From Candidatus Binatia bacterium (GTDB taxonomy: Bacteria; Desulfobacterota; Binatia; UBA9968), in assembly GCA_036004365.1 (NCBI GenBank), contig DASYRN010000195.1, positions 4,583-68,582 of the forward strand: a DNA stretch of 64,000 bases. Reading direction: 5' to 3'. Shown one piece after another: positions 9,069-18,720 of this stretch (position 1 is the stretch's first letter; the number at the start of each line of letters is the position of its first letter). The notes beneath the pieces are model-generated. The model was not told where the DNA came from. It was given only the letters and a program-made list of their open reading frames with translations, and did not search any database. Both the position numbers and the translations under genes were made by a program.

Positions 9069-11108
9069 ATGAACGGATGGGCTGCATCGATCCGCTCGCT
9101 CCATATTCTCTCCTTGTTCTTTGTTGCCGGTAGCTCCGCGTTTGTTCTCCTTATCGCGCGACCGGCATTTAAAAAATCCGGGATGGAGTCGCTGGATATC
9201 GCGCAGAGGCTCAACCGGTTTCAGCTTAAGCTGGTTTTCTGGGCGCTTCTTACAGCTTTTCTCACTTTGCTTCTGGGACTGTTATTTCAGGTCGCGGTCA
9301 TTTCAGGTCGCTCGCCGGAGCAAATGACCTTAGGCGACATCGGCAGCGTCATAACCGGCACCCAATACGGCGCAGTCTGGATCACACGGTTGTCTCTGTT
9401 ACTCCTCTCCTTTCTGTTCGCCATGAGTGACGACTGGGGAAGAGGAGAACGGAGGACCTCTAGCTGGACAAATTTCTTGCTGGCTTGCGCTCTGTTAGTG
9501 ACTCTACCCTGGTCCGGTCACGCTGCCGCCGGGGAAGGGATGGTTTTGCTCATCCAGCTCGCGGCGGACGCGCTGCACCTCGTTGCCGCAGCTCTTTGGT
9601 TGGGAGGACTGCTGCCGCTGGCGCTGCTTCTTCACTGGACAGGCGGCGCCGCATCGGCACTGCCCATCGCTCAGGAGGCGACCGGGCGCTTCTCTCTGCT
9701 AGGTTTGGCGTGCGTCTCTTTGCTCGTGATTACAGGATTTCTGAACGCGTGGAGTCTGGTCGGCGGGTTCGCTGCGCTTCTGGGAACTGCTTACGGCCGT
9801 CTCCTTTTAACAAAGCTCGGTGTTATGCTTCTCCTTATCGCGCTTGCCGGCTTTAACCGCCAGTCGCTCAAACCAAAGCTTCTTGCCTTGAGCTCACAAG
9901 CTTCTCTTCGAGAGTTTCAACCGATTCTGGGCGGGCTAAAGCGAAACGTGGTGGCCGAGGCAGTCCTAGGAGTGCTGATTCTTGTCGTTGTCGGATGGAT
10001 GGCTTTTACGCCGCCGGCGCGTCATAGCCAACTCACATGGCCCTTTTCCTTTCGCTGGAGCTGGGCGACGGTTCAAACGAATCCCAGGATCCGGCCTGAG
10101 ATTTTCTTCGGGACGGCGCTTGCGGCTTTTGGTTTTGTTTGTCTTTGTGCGGCCGCGCTCCGGCGGGCGGAGCGCCCATGGACTATCGGTGTCGGTCTGG
10201 CGTCCGTCGCGTATGGAGCCGCGGTGACCTTACCGACTATTTCTACCGATGCCTATCCGACAACGTACATGAGGCCGTCGGTAACTTACCATGCGATATC
10301 GGTTGCCAACGGTCTCCATCTCTACCGGGAGAACTGCGCGCTTTGCCATGGCGTGGCCGGATACGGCGATGGACCAGTCGCAGAAGACCTTAAGCCGAAG
10401 CCAGCGGATTTAACAGCCAAGCATACCGGAGACCATACGGCCGGGGATCTTTTTTGGTGGCTGAGCGAAGGAATTCCAGGAAAAGCGATGCCGGGGTTCG
10501 GCGCGGCCTTGAGCCAGGAAGAGCGCTGGGATTTAATTAACTTTATGCGCGCCCTTTCGGCTGCGGAGCGGGCTCGCTCAATGGCTCCGATCGTCGAGTC
10601 GGAGCCTTGGCTCGTGGCGCCAGATTTTTCCTACCGAACCACTCGCGGCGAAGAGAGAACGTTGAAGGATCATCGGCAAGAGAGAATCGTGTTATTGGTG
10701 CTGTTTACGCGGCCGCAGTCCCGCGAGCGGCTTGTGCAGATCGATCAGGCCTATGCAAAACTCAAAAGCCTCGGTGTCGAAGTTCTCGCTATTCCTCAGG
10801 ATGAGCGGGAATTAATACCGGAGGGAGCGACTCGGCTTCACGATCTAGCGATCGTCACGGATGGAGGCCAAGAGGCTTTCGAAGTTTATGCCCTGTTTCG
10901 AAGGAGCTTCAGCGCTGAGGGTAGCTTGCCTGACCCGACGATGCCGCCGCATGTGGAGTTCTTGATCGACCGGCAGGGCTATATTAGAGCACGTTGGATC
11001 TCCGGCGATGGTGTTGGCTGGACTGAAATGAAGAACCTTTTTCGCGAGGTCGAGCGCCTTAGCGGAGAGAAGCCTTCTGTTCTGGCGCCGGATGAACACG
11101 TCCACTAA
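9069..11108 (+). CDS. copD: CopD-family copper resistance membrane protein fused to a c-type cytochrome domain and a C-terminal cysteine-less redoxin/thioredoxin-like domain
   Basis: N-terminal roughly 300-aa polytopic region with the CopD hallmark HLVAAALWLGGLLPL. CALCHGVAGYGDG haem-binding CxxCH at about aa 425. C-terminal roughly 170 aa resemble an AhpC/TSA-redoxin fold (VLLVLFTRPQSRERL...LAIPQDE) but have no CxxC. Confidence 0.65.
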   Translation: MNGWAASIRSLHILSLFFVAGSSAFVLLIARPAFKKSGMESLDIAQRLNRFQLKLVFWALLTAFLTLLLGLLFQVAVISGRSPEQMTLGDIGSVITGTQYGAVWITRLSLLLLSFLFAMSDDWGRGERRTSSWTNFLLACALLVTLPWSGHAAAGEGMVLLIQLAADALHLVAAALWLGGLLPLALLLHWTGGAASALPIAQEATGRFSLLGLACVSLLVITGFLNAWSLVGGFAALLGTAYGRLLLTKLGVMLLLIALAGFNRQSLKPKLLALSSQASLREFQPILGGLKRNVVAEAVLGVLILVVVGWMAFTPPARHSQLTWPFSFRWSWATVQTNPRIRPEIFFGTALAAFGFVCLCAAALRRAERPWTIGVGLASVAYGAAVTLPTISTDAYPTTYMRPSVTYHAISVANGLHLYRENCALCHGVAGYGDGPVAEDLKPKPADLTAKHTGDHTAGDLFWWLSEGIPGKAMPGFGAALSQEERWDLINFMRALSAAERARSMAPIVESEPWLVAPDFSYRTTRGEERTLKDHRQERIVLLVLFTRPQSRERLVQIDQAYAKLKSLGVEVLAIPQDERELIPEGATRLHDLAIVTDGGQEAFEVYALFRRSFSAEGSLPDPTMPPHVEFLIDRQGYIRARWISGDGVGWTEMKNLFREVERLSGEKPSVLAPDEHVH

Positions 11109-11123
11109 GTTCATCAGTTATCT

Positions 11124-11663
11124 ATGCAGGTTTACAGCATCGGCCACTCCACACGGACGCGGGATGAGTTCCTAAAGCTCCTCGGACGTTATGGCATCGA
11201 GGTGCTTGCGGATGTACGCACAGTGCCGAAGTCAAGGCACGTTCCCCATTTCAACTCGGACGCGCTCAGGAAATCCTTGCAAAAGCACGGCATTGAATAT
11301 CAGCATCATAAAGAACTCGGCGGGTTGAGAAAGCCAGCTAAAGATTCAGTCAATCTAGGATGGCACAACGCGAGCTTCCGCGGATATGCCGATTACATGC
11401 AGACAGAGGAATTCTGGGAAGCCCTTCAAGACATGATCGAGCTGGCCAAGAAAAGCAAAGTGGCGCTCATGTGCGCCGAAGCTGTCCCGTGGCGCTGCCA
11501 CCGCTCGCTAATTGCTGACGCTCTCGTCGTCGGCAAATGGGAAGTCTTTCACATTCTTTCTGAGACTCAGCTGCAGCGCCATGAATTGACCCCCTTTGGA
11601 GTCGTCAAGGGTGGACGGATAATTTACCCGCGAGCTCAGGCGGATAAGTCGCTCCTCGACTAA
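11124..11663 (+). CDS. DUF488 family protein
   Basis: N-terminus MQVYSIGHSTRTRDEFLKLLGRYGIEVLADVR matches the conserved DUF488 start (YTIGHS...). 179 aa. Confidence 0.6.
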   Translation: MQVYSIGHSTRTRDEFLKLLGRYGIEVLADVRTVPKSRHVPHFNSDALRKSLQKHGIEYQHHKELGGLRKPAKDSVNLGWHNASFRGYADYMQTEEFWEALQDMIELAKKSKVALMCAEAVPWRCHRSLIADALVVGKWEVFHILSETQLQRHELTPFGVVKGGRIIYPRAQADKSLLD

Positions 11664-12509
11664 TCCGCGCGCCTAGTTTCCCTGCGGCCTGCGGGCTGGG
11701 GAAGCGGAAGATATTCTACCGCTCCTTGAGTTCGCGTCGGTTGGGGGAAGAAACCCATGACCTGGTAGATCTCGGACGGCACGTCGGTGGTGACTGGAAG
11801 ACCAATCGTTTTGGCTTCCTGAGCCGTGATCGGATAGTCATGGGTCCACGTTCCGCTTGTGAGCTTCTCGGCTAGCACGGCAGCCTTATCACTGGAAAGC
11901 CGCTCGGAGATGAGTTCCGTAACTGCAGACCGCATCTGGGCCATCGCTTTGCGGGCAATGTCGGCTGTAATCAAGGTCTCGTCGTCGATATCCTTCGGTG
12001 GTTTCTGGTCGAGCACGCTCAGGATCGAAGAGGCCGGCGCCTTGCCGATCTGCGGGTCCAGCGGCCCAAGAACAGCATTCTCGTCCATAACGATCTCATC
12101 GGCCCAGCGCAATAAGAGTTCCCCCGGACATCGCATAGTGAGGGACGAAAACGGTTACTTTGCCCTTGTGTCTATGAAGCGCGTTGGCGATTTGATCCGA
12201 GGCGAGTACGAGTCCGCCGGGAGTGTGAATGATCATATCTATGGGACACTCGGGAGGGCAAAGTCGGACCGCCCGCAGGACGGCTTCTGAATCGTTCACA
12301 TCGATATACCGCATCAGTGGAAAACCGAGGAAACTCATCGTTTCCTGGCGGTGGACGAGAGTGATGACCAGGCTGCCACGTCTTTTCTGAAGGGAACGCA
12401 ATATGCGAAGCCGACCCATCTCCAACATCTTTTTCTGAAACAGAGGCTGGAGTACCGAAATGACTACGAAGATCCAGAAAAAATCCGTGATGCCCATAGA
12501 CGATTCCAA
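11660..12509 (-). CDS. SDH-family ClpP-like serine protease (peptidase S49-related); frame broken near 12096-12110
   Basis: Two overlapping minus-strand ORFs, 12096..12509 and 11660..12136. They read ...HTPGGLVLASDQIANA...MSGGTLIALG, then ADEIVMDENAVLGPLDPQIG... in the adjacent frame. Together they form one roughly 283-aa SDH/ClpP-like protease. The shift is at a G/C run. Confidence 0.5.
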
Positions 12510-12746
12510 CCCTCTACCAAAAGAGCTGTGATTTCAAGGGGTAATTCTGGTTAGGCATCGGGCCGGAGAGTTCCCCGAGCCGAGAATGGGCTATCTCGGA
12601 TACATTCGGCACAGTAGTGCCATTTCTGACATTCCATTCCGCAATTCTTTTTGCACCCGAAATGATTTCACGAGAAAAAACAGCGACTTCCAGCGAGCCA
12701 AGGATTGGTATGAATCCTGCAGAAAACTCGCGCATTCACGGAACCT

Positions 12747-13232
12747 TTGCGGATGAATACCGGTTCGAACGGCAACATTGATTCTTACGAGGTCCTCGGC
12801 CTGGATCGGAATGCCGGTCATGAGGAGATCAAGAGAGCTTTTCATAAGCTTGCTCTCAAATACCACCCCGATCGAAATCAAGGGAACGAGAAAGCGGCAG
12901 AGAAATTCAGGCAGGTCTTAGAGGCTTATAGAAACCTTACGGACGGTAAGGATGAAGACGGCAAGGATGAAGAGGATCACAGCGATCAGGACAAAAAATC
13001 GGAATGCAGCGAAAATGTGGGAAAAGGATTTCGCTTCAACTACGGCGCCAAGATGGAAAGCAATGCTCATCCTCGCTGTCCTGGCTGCTCGATTGACGGG
13101 ATGGAACACATCATCTGCAAAAAGGGTGGCGATGCGACTTCCGGCCGGAAGAAAATGACCGCCGCGCCTTTCATGGTTATCTTTTGTGATCAATGCGGCC
13201 ATGTTTACAATGTCTTTAACATGGGTCTTTAA
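12747..13232 (+). CDS. J-domain (DnaJ-like) protein with a C-terminal Cys4 zinc-ribbon
   Basis: J-domain signature [31 protein letters not shown] (HPD motif). C-terminal CPGC...CDQC pairs. Confidence 0.65.
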   Translation: MRMNTGSNGNIDSYEVLGLDRNAGHEEIKRAFHKLALKYHPDRNQGNEKAAEKFRQVLEAYRNLTDGKDEDGKDEEDHSDQDKKSECSENVGKGFRFNYGAKMESNAHPRCPGCSIDGMEHIICKKGGDATSGRKKMTAAPFMVIFCDQCGHVYNVFNMGL

Positions 13233-13428
13233 AACGTACTCAGGAAGCGATCTCGACCGGATTCGGAGCCTTTTGCCGACCGTTCTTAGAACCTAGACCT
13301 TTCCGAAGAGCCCGCCAACCGCAAGCCCCAAGGGTCTGAATAACTTTTGGGGCTTGCCTCTCCCTTAGATAACTCAGTAAGCAGTCGCACCGTTGCTCAC
13401 AACGCGAGCTATCAGGTAGACTGAAATC

Positions 13429-16107
13429 GTGAGAACGGAGAAGAAGAGCAAGCAAGCTGGAAAGTCAGACTGCGCCATCCAAGAAGGCCCAGTGAGTAAC
13501 GCGTGCAAGGTGGTGCTGCTCGATGGCCATTCTCTCGCATTCCGTGCCTTCTTTGCGCTTCCTGATACGCTCGTCACATCGTCCGGGCAGGTGATGAATG
13601 CCGTTTACGGATTTACCGCGATGCTGATCAAGCTTCTTGCCGATGAGCGACCCCACGCCGTTGTCGTTTGTTTCGACAAGGGTGAGCCGCGGTTCCGGAT
13701 CGAGCGTTACACGGAATATAAGGCAGGGCGGGCGGCGACTCCCGATGCGTTCCGGCAGCAGCTTCCCTTGATCCGTGAAGTCCTCGAGACTCTGCGCATC
13801 CCCATGGTGGAGCTGGAGGGCTATGAAGCTGATGACCTGCTCGCAACTCTGGCGCGGCGGGCTCGGGAGAAAGGCGACGAGGTTGTTGTTGTCACCGGTG
13901 ACCGTGACTGCTTACAGCTCGTGCGCGACGGCGTTACCGTGATGATGACCCGCCGTGGGATTTCGGATGTCGGCCGCTATGACAGCGCTGCAGTGCTCGA
14001 ACGGTACGGCGTATCGCCAGAAAAATGGACCGATTTTGTCGCGCTCAAGGGCGAGCCGTCGGACAATCTACCGGGTGTGTCGGGCATCGGTGACAAAACT
14101 GCGGCCCAGCTGGTCAACAGGTACGGCGATGTCGAGCAGATCATTGCCAGGGCGGACGAGTTACCACCGAAACTCCGCGAAGCCGTGACGCAACATGCCA
14201 ATCAGATCCGAGTAAACAAGGAACTCGGGCGTTTACTCGATGATGTCCCGCTCGAGCTGGATCCAACGGGCCTCGAACTCGAGGCCTGGGATGACGAAGA
14301 GGTCCGCAAGCTCTTCACATCGCTTGAATTTCGTACGCTTTACGAGCGCGTGCAGGAGCTTAATATCCATGCTCGGATGGCGATTCCAGTCCTGGAGGTC
14401 CGGACGATTTCCGAACTTCAATCCGCGAAGAATCTCCCCGACCAGGGCCCTGTGGCTCTCGCTTGGGATGAGCGTTCGCTAGCGGTGTGCGCTAGATCTG
14501 GCGAGGCGCAGATCTTGCCGTTTGCTTCGGCCGTGGACCGGCTTGCCAGCTTTCTTGCCGACTTAGGACGACAAAAGATTGCGCATGAGGCGAAATCACT
14601 TTACCGAATGGCGCTCAGCGCCGGGGTTGAGTTAAAAGGACTCTACCTCGATACGAAAATTGCGTCGTACCTCCTTGAGCCAGGAGCCGCGTCAGGAGGG
14701 TACACGATTAGCGATTCTCTGCGGCGTTATCTTAATGTTTCCCTTGACGAGAAAAAACCCGAGCCTAGCGAAGGCGGACAAGTGAGTTTCGACTTTGAGC
14801 CCGAGGAGACACGCCGCGTGGCCCGAGAGGCAGTGGCGGTTTGGACCGTGGCGCCGGTTTTGGAGGAGCATTTGCGTAACTGTGGCATTTGGGAGCTTGC
14901 GACAACCCTAGAGTTCCCGCTGATCGAAGTGCTCGCCCGGATGGAGCACGCGGGAATTCTCGTTGATCGCGACTATCTGGAACAGTTGAACGCTGACTTT
15001 GGGCAAAAGATGGCGATGCTCGAACGGACTGTTCAGCATCACGCGGGAGAGCAGTTCAACGTCAACTCCCATCCCCAGCTCCAGCGGATCCTTTTCGAGA
15101 AGCTATGTCTTCCCAAAACCAGGAGAATCAAAACCGGCTATTCAACGGACGCTTCTGAGCTGGTGAAACTCGCCGGTGCGCATCCCATCGTCGATGCCCT
15201 GCTCGAATACCGAGAGGTGGCGAAACTGAAGACCGGATTTACCGAAATGTTGCTGGCGCTGATCGATTCCAGAACCAGCCGGATCCACACGACTTACGAG
15301 CAGACGACCGCCGTAACCGGTCGCCTTGCGTCAACAGCGCCTAACCTACAGAACATTCCGATCCGCGGCGAGCTTGGACGCCAGATCCGCCGGGCATTTA
15401 TCGCGCCGCCCGACCACGTCCTGCTCTCTGCCGACTATTCTCAAATCGAACTTCGCGTGCTCGCGCACCTTTGTCGGGACGAGGCCTTTCTCCAAGCCTT
15501 CGCGCAAAAACACGACTTTCATGCCACCATTGCTGCCAAAGTCTATGGTGTGCCGGTCGCGGATGTCTCCTTCGAGATGCGTAACTACGTGAAGCAGTTT
15601 TCTTACGGGATTGCCTACGGGATGTCGGCGTATGGCGTCTCGCAGAGGCTCGGCGTTGAGATGGACCAAGCCGAAAAGTTTATTACCGCCTACTATGCTC
15701 AGTTTCCGAAAGTGAAGGAATACCTGGAGTCCCAAGTCGAAAAGGCCAAGATCGACGGTTTCACTACGACCATGTTCGGGCGCCGCCGCTATCTGCCGGA
15801 GCTCCGCTCCTCGAATTATCGACTGCAGGCTTTAGGCGAGCGGATGGCCCTGAACGCGCCCATCCAAGGGAGCGCCGCGGACATCATTAAGAAGGCCATG
15901 ATCGGCGTCAATGCAGCCCTTGGTAAAGACCCGGTCGCTAAAATGCTCCTTACCGTGCATGATGAACTCGTGTTCGAGGTGCCCATAGACAAGCTGGAGC
16001 GCGCAAGGGCGATTATTGAAAGCGAAATGGTAAAAGCCGCAGACCTTCGGTGCGGTCTCGCCGTAGAAGTCCATACGGGAAAGAACTGGGCCGAAGCACA
16101 CGCCTAG
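13429..16107 (+). CDS. polA: DNA polymerase I
   Basis: 892 aa. 5'-3' exonuclease N-domain (VLLDGHSLAFRAFFAL), then a Klenow-like polymerase domain with motif A (LLSADYSQIELR), motif B (RRxxKxxxYG-type RNYVKQFSYGIAYG) and motif C (VHDELVFE). Confidence 0.9.
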   Translation: MRTEKKSKQAGKSDCAIQEGPVSNACKVVLLDGHSLAFRAFFALPDTLVTSSGQVMNAVYGFTAMLIKLLADERPHAVVVCFDKGEPRFRIERYTEYKAGRAATPDAFRQQLPLIREVLETLRIPMVELEGYEADDLLATLARRAREKGDEVVVVTGDRDCLQLVRDGVTVMMTRRGISDVGRYDSAAVLERYGVSPEKWTDFVALKGEPSDNLPGVSGIGDKTAAQLVNRYGDVEQIIARADELPPKLREAVTQHANQIRVNKELGRLLDDVPLELDPTGLELEAWDDEEVRKLFTSLEFRTLYERVQELNIHARMAIPVLEVRTISELQSAKNLPDQGPVALAWDERSLAVCARSGEAQILPFASAVDRLASFLADLGRQKIAHEAKSLYRMALSAGVELKGLYLDTKIASYLLEPGAASGGYTISDSLRRYLNVSLDEKKPEPSEGGQVSFDFEPEETRRVAREAVAVWTVAPVLEEHLRNCGIWELATTLEFPLIEVLARMEHAGILVDRDYLEQLNADFGQKMAMLERTVQHHAGEQFNVNSHPQLQRILFEKLCLPKTRRIKTGYSTDASELVKLAGAHPIVDALLEYREVAKLKTGFTEMLLALIDSRTSRIHTTYEQTTAVTGRLASTAPNLQNIPIRGELGRQIRRAFIAPPDHVLLSADYSQIELRVLAHLCRDEAFLQAFAQKHDFHATIAAKVYGVPVADVSFEMRNYVKQFSYGIAYGMSAYGVSQRLGVEMDQAEKFITAYYAQFPKVKEYLESQVEKAKIDGFTTTMFGRRRYLPELRSSNYRLQALGERMALNAPIQGSAADIIKKAMIGVNAALGKDPVAKMLLTVHDELVFEVPIDKLERARAIIESEMVKAADLRCGLAVEVHTGKNWAEAHA

Positions 16108-16155
16108 ATTTGGTGATCGAAACCTCAAGTAAGCCGCACTGAACTCACAATCCAG

Positions 16156-16776
16156 CTATCTAGAGCCATCCCAGGTCTCACCTTGATGTGTTTCGATTTC
16201 TTCGCCATTCTCTGATGACCGACCGCTTCTCTTTGCGAACATTTGGACAAATAAAGCGTACAACGCCGATGCCGTAAGCTCTTCCGTATGAGACTCGCCT
16301 TGGGGGGTTTCGTATTGGATTATCATCAATTCATCACGCCTGGAGATCTGACGGAGGCGTAGATTTTTGGAATCGATATATGCACCGATCACGCGCAGAG
16401 CCGTGGGTGTGCTATAAGGGTCTGGCATGCCGGCTTTTTCTCGCCTTGCCTGCCCGGAGCATTCTAGCTGTTCGACAACCTTCGGAGTGTAAGAGAGTTC
16501 CATAGCCAAAGGCTCGTTCCAACGATAGCGACTAGGTAATATGTGCCACATTATCCGAAAAGCCCCATTACGGAGATCGTTTAGCAAGGATATCTTGGAC
16601 AGTTGGCTTCGGGTCTTGGCACAAACAATATAGTTATCTCCCGCACATCTTATCTCAATTAGTTCCGCCTGGAGCGCTTCTAAACCATCTCCGATAGCGC
16701 GTAGAGCCTTGCAGTAATCCTTAACGTAACGTATCGAACCTTCATGTGTCATAACCATTGAATCCTCCGGGACCAT
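16156..16776 (-). CDS. hypothetical protein (orphan, low-GC)
   Basis: 206-aa ORF with no motif I recognise. Local GC is visibly lower (about 50%) than flanking genes. Part of the islet next to tRNA-Leu. Confidence 0.4.
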   Translation of the reverse strand: MVPEDSMVMTHEGSIRYVKDYCKALRAIGDGLEALQAELIEIRCAGDNYIVCAKTRSQLSKISLLNDLRNGAFRIMWHILPSRYRWNEPLAMELSYTPKVVEQLECSGQARREKAGMPDPYSTPTALRVIGAYIDSKNLRLRQISRRDELMIIQYETPQGESHTEELTASALYALFVQMFAKRSGRSSENGEEIETHQGETWDGSR

Positions 16777-17035
16777 AGTTTTTCTTAACCAATCGTGTGG
16801 TTGACACTCTTGTGATTTGTTCCCAGAGGTTTGCGATAAGCAATACTTGTGCCAAAGGCTCGAAAGCTAAAAAGCCTGGTTTTTTACAGGATGATTGAAG
16901 AAAAAGAGTGGGAAAAATTGAACTGTTTCAAAATATGTCACAGTGCCATGACAGCTGTAACTAAAATGGCTAGGCGGCATCCCTTAGCGCGTGACGATGG
17001 TATTGTCAGGACCACAAGACACGCATCATCTTTGA

Positions 17036-18535
17036 CTATTGGATCGGACTCTGTTTACCGGGAACAACGGTGGGGTGTGAAGTGACAGCTTTAAGGTAAA
17101 GCACAGCATTACTGAAAGGGGATGTAAAAGATTTGGTGCCCCCGCCCGTTACAATTCCGCCGGATAAGGTAGCTCTTGTCGTAGGATCGAACCACTCCAC
17201 GATGAAATCCTGCGAGCGGCCGGCCAAATTCACCGTGAAAGACGATCCGAGTGGCGCGTAGACTAAATACTCCGAACCTGGATTGGCGAGTGCGTAGTTA
17301 GTCGAGGCAAGGTCTGGACGTGGCGTCATAGAGGCAAGGTCTAGTCGGTTGGCAAAGGCGACAGTGTCCCCCATGGCTCTTCGAACCGCCACACGAGGAA
17401 CACAAGTAGGGGGATTGCAGAGAGGCGGACGGTCTATTTCTGGAATCAACAACATCGTGTGAAGTCCCCGGGTAAAGCTTTTCCAAGGCCATTGCCGGCT
17501 CACATCTTTTTCCGGCGCATAATGATCCGTATTAGAAATAATGACCTTTCTGCTGTCTGCAATAGGCGGGTTACTCTCGTAGTCGCCCGGCTCATTCCAT
17601 GAACCTGGAGAAACCCAGTCCCAGGGGCCGGCCAAGAGCTGTTCATTGGTTCCTCCTGTCAGAGCACTTATTCCCACAGGATGTTGCTTCGGCTTTGTGC
17701 GCTGATATCGCTTGATGTAATCAACAAAATACTCCTGCCACGGGAGACTGTGACGATCGGCTTCGTTGCTAATTTCGTATAAGATATTATCGAAGTCGTT
17801 CACCGTATCGACTACTTGCCGTACATACCGTTCTTGCGTGGCGAGAGCTGCTGACGGTAGAAAGCCAAGGACGTGAAATTCATCCCTGCGTCCGTTGCCA
17901 TTGGCGTCCGGGATGTCTATGCCGTTTACGTTGTTCTGAATATTGAAAGGGTGATATTTCCAAACGTCTCTTTGTCCAAGTCGGGGATCCCCTTCGAATT
18001 GTAATAAGAGTCCATCGAAAAGCACCATCAATTGAACGTAAATTCCGTAGTCCGCGGCCATGGCAATACGGTCCCTCATTCGGTCAAAATATGCAGCGTT
18101 AAATTGATCCAAGTTGAATTTATTCCTACCATCCGCTGCGCAACACTGATTGGAGCGGACCCATGGCATGGGCTCGATATACCATTCTTGCCCGGGAACC
18201 CAGAGTGGCAAGAATTTAGGAGTGTGAAAAGTCCACATGCGTAGAAAGTTCAAGCCATAAGACTGAAGGTGATGGAGGTATCCGGCATAATCAAACGGAG
18301 AGGGCGGAGGATAGGTCGTCCCCGCATCCTGGAATTCCCCACTGTCATCCAAGCCGCTGAGATAGATTGCTTTGCCTGAATCGTCGGTAAAGTAGCGTGG
18401 GTTAGCGGGATGAATGCGAAGCGGCCCTGTCGCTGCCGCTCCACAAACTGGGCTGGTTACGATTGCATGTAACAAGAGAAAAAAACAGACTGCTTGAGGG
18501 TGGGGCAAGAAGCGCATGCGATGACTGGACTGCAT
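17036..18535 (-). CDS. secreted glycoside-hydrolase-like protein (GH5/DUF4038-like TIM barrel), hypothetical
   Basis: Signal peptide (MRFLPHPQAVCFFLLLHAIVTSPVCGAAA), then NPRYFTDDSGKAIYLSGLD...YLHHLQSYGLNFLRMW, typical of secreted glycosidase TIM-barrels. The start was trimmed so that the ORF does not run into the tRNA. GC is lower than surroundings. Confidence 0.45.
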   Translation of the reverse strand: MQSSHRMRFLPHPQAVCFFLLLHAIVTSPVCGAAATGPLRIHPANPRYFTDDSGKAIYLSGLDDSGEFQDAGTTYPPPSPFDYAGYLHHLQSYGLNFLRMWTFHTPKFLPLWVPGQEWYIEPMPWVRSNQCCAADGRNKFNLDQFNAAYFDRMRDRIAMAADYGIYVQLMVLFDGLLLQFEGDPRLGQRDVWKYHPFNIQNNVNGIDIPDANGNGRRDEFHVLGFLPSAALATQERYVRQVVDTVNDFDNILYEISNEADRHSLPWQEYFVDYIKRYQRTKPKQHPVGISALTGGTNEQLLAGPWDWVSPGSWNEPGDYESNPPIADSRKVIISNTDHYAPEKDVSRQWPWKSFTRGLHTMLLIPEIDRPPLCNPPTCVPRVAVRRAMGDTVAFANRLDLASMTPRPDLASTNYALANPGSEYLVYAPLGSSFTVNLAGRSQDFIVEWFDPTTRATLSGGIVTGGGTKSFTSPFSNAVLYLKAVTSHPTVVPGKQSPIQ

Positions 18536-18548
18536 AGCCGCTTGATTT

Positions 18549-18635
18549 TGGTGCCGGAGGGGGGAATCGAACCCCCACGGGGCAAGCCCCACTGGATTTT
18601 GAGTCCAGCGCGTCTACCAGTTCCACCACTCCGGC
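18549..18635 (-). tRNA. tRNA-Leu (anticodon CAA)
   Basis: The minus-strand read GCCGGAGTGGTGGAACTGGTAGACGCGCTGGACTCAAAATCCAGTGGGGCTTGCCCCGTGGGGGTTCGATTCCCCCCTCCGGCACCA has a 7-bp acceptor stem, a D-arm, an anticodon loop CTCAAAA (CAA), a long variable arm, a T-arm GGTTCGATTCC and a CCA end. 87 nt. Confidence 0.85.
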
Positions 18636-18720
18636 GATAAGATTTCGTGCTGCCTGAAGTTAGTAATAACCAACCTCAGCTGATGAAACAAGAGGATTGA
18701 GAATGGGAGGTCTAGAACCA

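Noticed and set aside
16113-16126. Possible degenerate att-like copy of the tRNA-Leu 3' end (TGGTGATCGAAACC) at the far side of the low-GC islet
   Set aside because: Only two short blocks match, with a 12-nt gap. This is within chance expectation. Mentioned in the finding but not called as a repeat feature.
16846-16880. Hairpin AGGCT-N12-AGCCT followed by GGTTTTTT between the orphan gene and the glycosidase gene
   Set aside because: Terminator-like on the plus strand, but no plus-strand gene ends upstream. On the minus strand it lacks a U-tract. Function ambiguous, so not annotated.
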